From assembly GCF_964204865.1 (NCBI RefSeq), contig NC_135254.1, positions 18,228,001 to 18,292,000 on the forward strand: DNA of 64,000 nt, read 5' to 3'. The stretch is from Styela clava (Eukaryota). How positions within the stretch are numbered: the first letter of the stretch is position 1; each line of letters opens with the position of its first letter. The notes under the pieces are model-generated. The model saw nothing but the letters and a program-made list of their open reading frames with translations. It did not search any database and had not been told where the DNA came from. This document shows, piece by piece, positions 12,567 to 24,700 of the stretch. The position numbers and the translations under genes are program-made.

Positions 12567-14899
12567 TTTGCTACAATAGTCTCTCTGAGAAAGTTAATCA
12601 AAAATGATATCTCTAGCGACATTTAAACGCTTATAAGTAGTTTCCCAACAGATATATTTAGCACCTCGCAGAATACAAATGAAAGTACAAATTACTTCTC
12701 GGAAAACGTTCGCAGACTTATATAGCAATTATACACTATTATTTAAATTATAAGTTCAGATAACTTCATCAAACGAAATTATTATTCCTTGTCTGACTTC
12801 AAATTGTGGTATCAGTGTTGATATATCTTAACAGTAGCGCAGAGAACATAAACGAACAAAATACTAATGAAACTTTCTTGGACATTGATGCAAAAAATAA
12901 GAATTTGAAACCGGATTAATTGAATCCTAACTTCTAATCCTATATATATAACTTGATCTCACATTTAAATCGCGTGGTTGGGTATTTATTGTGGTTTGCT
13001 TTTCTGACCTACGTTTAGATTTGGCAAAGTTATCCAAAGTAAAATAATATGTCTTGTCATGTTCGCCAAACTTTATTTTATAGTTTCTTCGGGTCTTCAT
13101 GATTCATGGGAATAGCTTCAAGTATAAACTTCAATATTTACAAATAAAATATCACAAATAAAATGACTTAAAATGCCGAGGACTGGTTCAGTCCTATCCC
13201 ACAACAGTCCCGAGTAACCTATTTTATCATGATTAATATCGCGGAAGCTATTGAATCATTAGGACTTGACTGTTTTGTAATTTTACTAATTGATGAGCAT
13301 AATTCCTATTCAATGTACGTCAGTTTGTCATCATATTTTAACTACAATATGACGTTTGTATGAATAGTCATAAAACAATTTAATGACTGTTTTGTTGTAT
13401 GTCACTGTAGATTTGTATTCATCTCCAAATTTATCTTTCGATAATCATTATTATAGATGATTGTGACGCCGAGTAACAATAATTTGGAAAATATATTTCA
13501 TAAGTAATAAACAGTGAGGTATGTAACACAAGATTTTCAATAAAATTATTTCATTAAATTTTGGTTTAACTACAACGATTTTGATCACATAATCGTTGTC
13601 AACTTTTTTTGTTTTCATATGTTGATGGTAATACCTTTATTTTTTCTAAAAATAAATTCTATTCAGAAGAGCTCGGCTATGAACTATAGCTAAATAATTT
13701 TTCGTTTTGATTACCTTAAAGCCACAGTTGTTCTTATAATTAGGCATACCACAATTGCTACTTTGAGTCAGTGTGTGAGCTGCACTTTGAATCTTTGTTC
13801 TCAAGTAGGCGGTTCAGGGAGCTAAAAATGTTTTGATAAATTTTCTTATCTATTGCCTACTTTTTAATTTTTTAATCCAAGCTTAAGTAAAATAATTTAT
13901 GATAATTAAAAAATATATATATATTTTGCACACTCTCAAAGTGTGCTTTGTTACTAATTATATGGCGTTTTGAAGTGCGAAACTTTTTTTTTTCTTATTT
14001 ATTGCCGATTTATTCATGAATAGGTTTATAATTATTCACGACTCACTTTTCATGAGTGCGTACTAAAACTTTATGCACTAAAATTGAAAGGTATGGTTCA
14101 GAAGACAAAAATCTCTCTGTTTTGTGTTATAAACGGCAAAACATATACAGAGGCCAAGTTTTATTACCTAGGTCCTAGGTATAACCAAATTTAAACACAC
14201 TAACGCCCTGAGTTTTATAATTCATGCTTATTAATACAATTAATTTGGTTTTAAAAAAAAATTCAATAATTTGAACAGATTTTGGTAAAATATAAATTTA
14301 AAAATATATATATATTACTTTCCTTATATTGTCTTGGTGATATAATAACAATTGAACGCATCAAGTTTTGCTATAAAGTGGTATTGGGATTTCTTCGAAT
14401 GTAAGGAACTTCAGTAACATAATATGACTAACTACAAACTGTACTATGGTATGTAAGCTGAAATGTACTGTAGATTTAACGCCATTAACTTCAATATAAT
14501 AAATTTTCATAACATATCACACCTACCAACAATTTCACAATTTTTGTGTTATATAATTCCAAACTTCTTTGAATTCAATTTTGATTGAACTAATCTGTCA
14601 TTATTATCATATTCGAATGTGTAATTCATTTAATGCAACCCATCTCTATGAAAAATAAGTGAGATTTATCATTCAACTCATAAGCTGGAAAAGTTAATTA
14701 AATAATTTTATATGCTCAATGTACGTCCATTATGCGTCAATGTTTGGCCTGAACCTTGCAATTGCAATTGATGCAATTTAGGTAATTGCTTATTATTATG
14801 CAAGTGACTATCAAAAAAAAACAATATTTTGTAGAGTGGTGAACAGAAAATACGCTTGATAAGGATATGAATTTGAGCATCGATAAAAATATTTCACTT

Positions 14900-17045
14900 A
14901 TCATGCTTAGATACCCAAAACACTCAGGATCTTCAAAAACTCTTGACCGCTATGGTGATCCACTACTTCAACAAGCTGTTCCATCTGAGACTGTTTGCCC
15001 AATTGACTATAAATACTCTGTTTGGAATATACATAAAATGTGTACTACCTACAATCATAAAAATGCCAGCTAAAACTTGTATTATAATCGAAAATCATTA
15101 TATCCCACCTGCAGACTCGTCATTAGAAGATTTTATCCTAGCATAGGCCTACTGTAGAGTAGGCTACAACTTTGTCCGCAGCACAGTTTGTATACAGCGA
15201 TAGGAACAAGTGATATTGTTGGACACAAAGCATACTGATATGACTAACATGAAACTATACAGTGACATGTTAAAAGTTCGACTGATATTGTGGTGAAATC
15301 GAATGACTTAGGATACCTTCTATAACCTCTGATGAAAATTTGGATTCGATATTTCTCGACCGAAATCACGTATTTCAATTTCTCCATCAAAGACAAAAAC
15401 GGTAAGTGCCAAATAAATGTCTCTATGAGCAAATTTGAAGTCGCATGGAGCCAAACCCTAATTTTCTCCCATTCACGATAATTAGATATATGAAATAAAT
15501 ACAATATGTGTCTGTGAAACGAGGGCGCCTGGGAGAATGGCGGTGCAAATGGGATGATTTCATCCTTATTTAGGCTTTTTGACGCACGTATTTGTGCTTC
15601 TTGTCTATATATTGGAGTAATCTATAATTGCTGAGTTGGGTGTCCAGTGTGAGCAAATCCATCTCTAGAACTTGTCAGAGAGATGACTTTGAAAAGGGTG
15701 ATTCCTGAAAGCTGGCCTGAAAATCTGCACGTGCCGGCCACCAAGAGGAACATCGCGCGTAATTCATCAAGATGAATTGTAAATCGTAGCCCAAAACAAA
15801 AATTACTTATCGAGTCAAACCACCTGATTTTCAGTGTCAATAAATTTACTGATATATTTAACATAGTGCATAATGAAAAGCTCATAAACATATTAAAGTA
15901 CATATTCATGAAGTGATCTAGGATTTTAGATTAACTAATTGGCATTAAATCAAAATTACAAGTTTCTAGACACGAAGTGGACCTGTGGATCGTTTTGGTA
16001 AATTGTTATTGTCGTTGTTGCAAAAGTTTTCAGTACTCAAAGATGGAATAAGTCACCCAAAGACTTTTCATTTATATTTATTTCAGATTTCTATGTGCCT
16101 TTGTGTTTCACTATTTGATCAAATAATTATCTATTTTATTTTAATTAAAAGGCAATACGTTTCATTTCGAATTTTCTCCTAAAAACATGCATGTTTTGTT
16201 CAATTTCAATTGCAACATGGTGAAACAACGGTCTCAGATAACGGATTTCATTGGGTTTTTTATGTCAACTCAAAACGATTATATTATAAAAAAGAATAAT
16301 ATACTAAAATTATCTTTCGGAGGCTATAAAGCTACATTTGTGCTTACATTTGGGCATCATGCCACAATGGTTACTTTAATATTCAGTATTTGAGCTGCAA
16401 TTTTCATAAGTATACCTCAAGTTTGCGGTTTAGGAAGCTAAAAATATTTACCTAATTTTTTATTTCACTCTTATCATTTTCTACCAACCTTCAATTCAGT
16501 GAAATAATTTATAGCTTGCCAACAATTTGCTATTTTTGCGTACTTCAAAAGCGTGTCAAATTATTAATTATCCTTTATAACGAATAGAAAATCACAAAGT
16601 CAAAATTTCAAGTAGACAGAGGTCTTACTCATGACTCAGATAATCTCTAATAATTATGGTAGGCATGCGACACTTTTCACAAGTACTCTTAAATTTTATT
16701 CGCCAAAACTCAAGTGTGCGGTTTATAAAGCTCAAGGTATTTTAAATTTGATATTTTTTAGTTTATTTCAAAACGTTCGTACACACAAGCGTGGTAATCT
16801 ACTCTAATAGCTTATAATATAGCTCACATGAGTATAGAATATTCATATTAGCGATTATAATAATATAAATATTTCAACCGTTGGTGCTAAACCCACTAAT
16901 TTTCGTTCTAATTAATGAGGTGTGTTATACAAATGTGGGTAATATGATGTTTGTAAAACAAATTCTCCTTTTTCAGGAATAACTATATTCTTAATAAATC
17001 AATCTTGATTGAAAAATCTCACGAAACCTCCAAATAAAACATAGT
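14900..17045 (+). repeat. Segmental duplication copy B (lacks the 551-1376 MITE)
   Basis: Shared MYLFHISNYREWEK shadow ORFs and long shared blocks. Confidence 0.88.
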
Positions 17046-18285
17046 ATTCAAACGGTATTCCTGGATATTGGTTCAATAATGCATACACCGCTCAATAATT
17101 TACCAATATCTTCTATTTAAATTCGAACTTCTGTGAAATCAATTAGGTTTGAATCAACGGTAACTAATATTTCTTCAAAAACCATCAAAGTGACTAACAA
17201 AAATAGGATAGTAAATTCAAAACAGTTTATTGCGGAAAATTAAATTTATTTTCCAGCAAGATAAATTTGCTACTTTTTCCACAAATGTAGTAATAAGTAA
17301 AAATTAAAGCTAAAAAATTATCCAAATCTCTGAATCCAGAACAATTAAATCGTACGTATTCAAGTATTAGGGATTAGTTGTCGACAGTTGAAAATAAGCC
17401 AATATGGAAGGAGAAGTACTTGCCTGTGAAAATCAAGGGTAAGCCGCAATGTTTGGAATTTTTGCAAGTTGTGTCGTTAGCGTACTCGGTGCCAGAGTTC
17501 GGAATTTTGCTTTGAGAATGTAATCGTTGTTTAGTAGCACATATATTTAAGAAAGCACTTTCTTTATCAAGAAAGAACTGAAATCTAACGCAACGAACAT
17601 GTTGCGAAACGAAATATCGGATGCTTTGAGACTGTCATCGACTAAAACAAATGTTGATATAGAAGTATTGATTGAAGATAAATAATGAATAAACGCGCTT
17701 GTACAAAAAAAGAACTTGTTTTATATCGTGCAGTTTACCTATTCAAAACCCGCCTATAACCAGGCTTCTCAATGGGAATGGGACTCCCATGGGAGGAAGT
17801 GGTATAGGACAGCACGCAGTTGTATTTCCCATGAGACAGGAAATTTTTGGGACACCCCTTTTTATATAAGATTACGATTTGTGGGTTGCTTTAGTCATCT
17901 TGTCCGCATATTTGAGCATCGCTTTTTTGTTATGTTGTTGTTATTGTTAGTATTTTCTTCTTATCGTAATTAAAAACAATCGCCTTTATCTTTAACTACT
18001 GGACCAGTAGCTCTGAAATTTTCAGTGATTAAAGATTTTAGTTATCAATAAAAGGCTATTACTTTTAGTTATTCTCAAATTTTCTAAGAATTCTTTGAGA
18101 TCTGATATTTATCCAATTTTCCGCTATAATATATTTTACTCAATGGAAACACCTTTTTAAAAAACTGAATCATGTATAGCATAGATCTTCTTCCCAGGAC
18201 CTGGAAAAGCTAGGACAGACTGCGCAACTTTACTGGTACCATGATACAGGCACTGGTAAGTTACTGTGGCCTTTCATGATATATA

Positions 18286-18788
18286 CAGTGGTGGGATCCA
18301 GCCGGTTCGCACCGGTTCTATAGAACCGTCTCACGGAAATTTATGAGATCGGCGAACCGGTTGGCATTACGGGTTACTGTCAATGGATTTTTGCATCTTA
18401 TCTGACACACCGATTTTTGAGATCAAGTAGCGCACGTGTTTTTTTTTCAAAATGTAAAATGATCAATTTCGCACGTAACAGTTATACCTTGTGTCAATTC
18501 CCATAGTTGTATCAATTTTTTTTTATAATTGTAGTGTGTTTTCAGTAGATCATACATCTTCAGGTTTTTGAGTTCATTATCAACGAGTATATAATATATT
18601 ATACAGCAATATAGACAATCCTCAACATCATCAAAAATTCCGATGCTAATTTTGACATGATGATGCTTACTTAACCATTATTTTGAAATGTTATTTGATA
18701 AGTAGTTAAAAATAATCAGTTTATTTGCTGAAAAAATATGAGTTTTTGTAACAGAACCGGCTGACAAAAAATTTGAATCCCACCAGTG
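18286..18788. mobile_element. hAT-like MITE, 8-bp TSD GATATATA
   Basis: TIR CAGTGGTGGGAT.CA / TGAATCCCACCAGTG; TSD at 18278-18285 and 18789-18796. Confidence 0.85.
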
Positions 18789-21373
18789 GATATATACCGT
18801 ATGATTTTCAGGAAATTGATGGTAAAAACTCAATTGTTATGGATTTCGTGTCCGTATAATTGAGCAATTAATAGTTCTTAATTTTTTTAATTTAACAAAG
18901 CCAATACATTTTGTCGTTTTGCATGTCTCTTTGTACATTTGTTTCTATTTAGTAGACTCTGAAACAAAATTTGACAATTTTTATTGAATTGTAATCCAAT
19001 GGGAATCCATCCCATGGGATGGGACAGGAATATTTTGCTATGCGATGGGACAGAAAAATATGTTCCATGGACAAGACTGCAAATTACTTTAAATCACCAT
19101 AACTTCACTAAACTATTCATAATTCATTACATTGACCAATGTGAGGGATATTAATGAGACACCGTTTTTATTTTAGTAAAACTACGCTACACTCAACCCT
19201 ATTAACCTACAAACGGTTGCTAGTCAAACCAAAAAATGACATTCTCCGGTCAATGCCAAAACAACTCATCAGCAAGAACTTTCCGGAATCCTGCAGCATG
19301 CAGTTCGCTGACGTCACTTCCATAAAATAATTGTGGTGAAGTATCAAGGTATTCGATAATGTGGTCCATATAGTTAACTAGCAAATAAAAATACTACTAT
19401 TGGCGGTTACATATGGATGAATAAGACGTGAAGTACTCAGTTTTGGATAAATATTATTATAACTACACTCTTGATTTTATATCAGTTATTTCCATACAGC
19501 TGTAAAAAGATAATGCATCACTGGTAACTATTTGAATTTAAATGTAAATAAAATGTAATTTTATAATATCTAACGATGTGATTGAGAAGTTACTACCATC
19601 TTGACTGAGTATCTGCTTTTAGTGTACCTGGAATTGAGTAACACACAAAATATATATACCACCATTTTTCTCCAGTTTGTCGTATTGATTTTACTACTTA
19701 ACTGTTCCAAATTTATTGGAACAACAAGCTCCATATAATTTGTTTTTCCTGGTCGTATCGTCGCTGGGGTTGGCCCATAATATAAACCTAGCTTCTGTTT
19801 ACCCACCGGGCTAGTAATGGCTTTTTATGAGATTCGAACAAGAATAAATAAAATATGGTAACGGTATCTATTATCAATTTTTTATGATATATCCGAACTA
19901 GAACAAATATGTTCAAATATATTACCGATGTGTTTTAAGAGTGCTGTAATTGCTACCACCAGCCAAGTCAAGCCAATAACAAATATCACGGGTTGTAATA
20001 TTCTGAACGGCCCGCTAATACTAGTTTTTTCCAAGGGTCAGGTACGCACATCATATAGAAAGTCGCCTGGAGTACTGTATCGGAAGACAACTTGATTTTA
20101 ACTGCCCCGGGGTATGCAACTGTGCGGGTAGATTAGCAACCAAAAACATCGCATTTACTCGCCAACATACGTCCGAACAAAGACAACTCACCTCACAACC
20201 ACAGCGAGACAGGATTTGAGAAACGAGAGACAGCGAACCAAGACGCACCTTTGACAACACCTGCGTAGGTTTCCCGGAAATCACGAAGCTTCGGACGCCA
20301 TTTTGTCGATACGCATCTTGAGAGAACAATTTTGTGATAACTTCTGGCACTATTACTACGTATAGAACATATTGTATGAAAGAAGATATTTCCAAGGATT
20401 AATTCCACAAAAGTAGAAGCAGTTGAAATTAATTGGAGAGCACAAAATGACAATGCAAAGAACATTTTGCAAGTTCAGCTTGATAACAAAACAGTGACCA
20501 AATAGACTGCGAATAATACAGCTTGTACATGTAAATGAAAGAAAACTGATGCACAATTAGAAAAACGTGAGAGGAAATGAATTATGTCATGTAGTCATAA
20601 ATCCAGATTTCATCTTTGAAAACAAAGTGCTTTCGTCTGTTTGCCTGCTGAGCTAGTCCTTAATTCTCTCCCATGTGTTGCAATGAGAAAACTCTTTCTC
20701 GGGGAGTTGACGTCGCTGTAACTGATAAATTTCAGTGCTTTGCATGGTATGTAATGTTTTATCTCATACTTTATACTCTCGATACTTTATTGGATGCGAC
20801 AGATCCTTATTAACCAGCGGAGGAAAAGAAGAACTTGCAAACCATCAAAGTTTGAGCATCCGCGATTGTACTTACAGTCGAAAACAATTTAGATAACTGG
20901 CGTAATACTGTGATAATCTAAAAATTAAGAATACCTTCAAGTCAGTACCAACCAAATGTCAGGAGGTTGAAAGATTATAAAACCGTCGGGATGGCATATA
21001 CTCAGATTACAAAATCTTCGACTTTAATAAGGCGTGACAGACAGTATCGCCGATGCACAATGTGACTAAACGGCACGGTTTCAACATATAGTATCAGTGC
21101 TTCGGAATGCCGAGCCCCACACAAAGCTAGCTTCTCGAAAGAACCAAATCCAGTGATTAGATTAAAATTAGTACGCTAATTAATTTTAAACAATATTGAC
21201 ATACTTCCCCAAACAAGACGGGCCACAAGATGAAATTGGTGTTATATTTTAGGGACATAATTGGTCAAGTTTTACCAAACTAATGCGCAAAATTACTGAT
21301 AACAAAATAAAAAATCTTTTTCCTCCAGCCAATATTTCATTTTTGTGTCCACGTCTTGAATTAAGAATCTCTC

Positions 21374-21379
21374 TTTATT
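21374..21379 (-). promoter_or_regulatory. Candidate polyadenylation signal AATAAA of the CYP4 gene
   Basis: tttatt on + strand, ~100 nt downstream of the stop codon; the motif is common in AT-rich DNA. Confidence 0.45.
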
Positions 21380-21475
21380 CACAAACCGCAATATTAAAAT
21401 GTACATATAATTATAGAAACTATGAGAAAAACAAATACAAAACAATTTAATGTCAAAAAATAAAATTTCAATCCA

Positions 21476-21734
21476 TCAATTAGGCTTTCGTTTTTGAATT
21501 CTAACATTAATTCCTCCACCCGCTCTTAAAATTAATCCAGATATCACTTCCAACGATTCTGGTCTCTTGCAGGACTCTACAGAATATTCTCGTAATAAGT
21601 GAGCTAAAACTACTTTTTCTTCCATCATTGCAAACTTTTGTCCAATGCAGTTCCTAGGTCCAGCCGAGAACGGAAGATATGCATATGGATGTCTCCCGAC
21701 ACTGTTTTCCGCATTGAATCTTTCTGGATCAAAA
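21476..21734 (-). CDS. CYP4V-like last exon (FDPERF...[10 protein letters not shown]...stop)
   Basis: Acceptor ttatag|T; heme-binding Cys motif; TGA at 21478-21476. Confidence 0.94.
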
Positions 21735-24700
21735 CTATAAACAAATATAAGCAGACGATAACACAAAAATGACCCGAAACAGCTATCTTTCAACTGGTTA
21801 CAAAATTAAAATGAACCATGAAGCTGTAGAAATAACGATATTCTGAATGTCAGTTATTAGAAAAAAATTGTTCTTTCTCACTCAAACAATATTTCGTATA
21901 CATTGTCAACATTGTTGTAACCAGTGATTTCCCCTAACTCTCCAACTTAGTGCGAATGCATTTGCAAATCCAGACTGTCTCATACACCAATAAGTGCGAA
22001 ATGGGTTCTTATTTATGTATCACCCCGTATATGAACCTTCGTTGACCCTTTACCTTTCTGCATCCGGCCAATGATTTGGATTTTTGTTCACGGCCTGCGT
22101 ATACAGTATACAATTTGTACCAGCCGGCAGTGTGTGTCCGTCCATTCTTAAAAAATAAATGGATTTTCAAATTAAAATCAACTAAGTCTATGGGAGAATA
22201 GACAGATTCTTGTTTCCACTCGTTCAGTCTCAAATAAATTGTCATACAGTGTGTCCAAAAAGTCCGTTTACAATTTCAATTTTGTTATGAAGACAGTTCT
22301 CAATATTTTATATCTAAACCATTTTTTTTAGTGATAGTTCGACTATCTTTATACATTCTTATACAACAATCACAAATATGTATGCTATCAAGTTATTATA
22401 CTGTATATATATTAACATGTATTGTTGACTTCCTTATGTCTATTTCTCAATCATTAATAATTTGTCGTCTACCTGATGTCTGACTATGAGGATAAATAGC
22501 TGGTAGCCGTTTCGAAATCATATGACAATGCATGACTGTTAGAATGATCATGAGATTGAAATGTATATGGCAATAATAAATATTAGTTACATTTTGAAAA
22601 TAAAATTCAAATTGCTTGCTAAACAGAATATACGCTGCCTCATATATGGCAACTAATTGCTGAATTATTATAAGTGGATTTGATTTTCCAGTAGTACTTG
22701 AAATATATATTCATTTCCATTTAATTTAAAGCACATTATTTCTAAAAAACTATCTAAACGTGACTCTATAGCCAATAGCGGACTTATTTTCAAATATTAG
22801 TATAAATTAATATTGCCATACTACCATTCAACCGATATCACATAAGCAGTAACAATTTTATGAATTAATATTCTACTTGTCAAACAACTCACTTGATACA
22901 TAAGATTGACACAAATTTTGTTCAATAGATTTCAAATTTATGGAAATGCAAATATTGTCCAAAAATGAACATTGTGCTTACACGCATTCTTTGCTCGTCA
23001 CTCGCCCTATGACGGGAACAGGAGGAAACAAGCGCATACATTCTTTGGTAACCATTTCAAGATATACTAATTTCTTCAAATCTTCCATTGTAATGTTTCT
23101 ACATGGAGAATGACCTAAAACGTCATCCAGTTCAGCTTGGATTTTTTTCTGTACGTCGGGATAAGAACCAATCATTTGTATTGACCAGGATAATCCAGCA
23201 GCAGTAGTGTCATGACCTGTAATTTTTGTTTCATAAACGTTACGAATACAAGAAACTTGGTTATGGAGCTTATAATTGCATCTAGACGGTCACTCTCTAT
23301 AAGTTTTGTCGACTTGAATTTTTTTGTTGAACTACTTATAATAAAATAAAATAATGATCTTAAAAACAATTTGAAAATTATGGAAATGTTGATATTGTTA
23401 GTTTTTTCATTATAACTATCAAATAGTTGGGTTTCTTATCGTATTTGTACTACTATGAATGTTGATTGCTTGCCTTCAAACATAAATGTGTCAACTTCTT
23501 CTTGTATATCATGAACAGATAATACTTTCCCATTATCCGCCGCATTGAGTAACATATCAAGAAAGGCGAGTCTTCGTGACGAGGAACAATTGGACGACAA
23601 TGTGGACTCTTTCATTCGATCTGTGATGACTGATTGTGTGAAACCGTGGAGTACTGATAAGCATATTTTAAAATTCTTCCCATCCTGTGTGTGATAAAAA
23701 AGAAAATCTGGCCACAGCCATGGAGATCTTGCTCTTTTTGTAATGAGACCTGCCGCACTAAAAAATAAATAAACAATATAAACCAATTAATCCCGCGAAA
23801 CGAGTTTTTAATTTAGTTTAATCTGGTTAGTGCGAGCAATTCCAATCACTTTGCGCTGCAAAGCCTATCTATACCTGAGTCCAATTCAAATGCTACGGCG
23901 TTACAATGTTCAACAGCGAAGCGAACGACGCGATTCACAAAGCTCTCACTTGCTGAGCGGCGAGCAATTTAGAGAGAGTGCAGAGCTAGCGCTCATAAAT
24001 TAGTAAGAACGGTCAATTGAAGGTTACGTAATTGGAAAGCAGATTGAAGAATCTTGTCGGTTTTTTACCAAAAACATTTCAACCAAGATAACTTTTCACA
24101 TTTAAAAAAGTCATGGCTTCAAATATTGTACTTTTTAGCTCAATTAATTATTTTAAAATTCTTCCCATCCTGTGTGTGATAAAAAAGAAAATCTGGCCAC
24201 AGCCATGGAGATCTTGCTCTTTTTGTAATGAGACCTGCCGCACTAAAAAATAAATAAACAATATAAACCAATTAATCCCGCGAAACGAGTTTTTAATTTA
24301 GTTTAATCTGGTTAGTGCGAGCAATTCCAATCACTTTGCGCTGCAAAGCCTATCTATACCTGAGTCCAATTCAAATGCTACGGCGTTACAATGTTCAACA
24401 GCGAAGCGAACGACGCGATTCACAAAGCTCTCACTTGCTGAGCGGCGAGCAATTTAGAGAGAGTGCAGAGCTAGCGCTCATAAATTAGTAAGAACGGTCA
24501 ATTGAAGGTTACGTAATTGGAAAGCAGATTGAAGAATCTTGTCGGTTTTTTACCAAAAACATTTCAACCAAGATAACTTTTCACATTTAAAAAAGTCATG
24601 GCTTCAAATATTGTACTTTTTAGCTCAATATTTCGTTTTCAAAAACGGGCGTCATTAAATCTCCTTATTGAGGGTTCTGATAGAAGATTACTTGGAAAAT

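Noticed and set aside
17761-19079. Outer hAT-like element (CAGGCTTCTCAATGGG ... CCATGGACAAGACTG) around the 18286 MITE
   Set aside because: The TIRs are degenerate and the flanks show no 8-bp TSD, so boundaries cannot be supported.
19994-20357. Possible solo LTR (TGTAATA...TATTACT)
   Set aside because: The end is not canonical CA and no TSD is visible.
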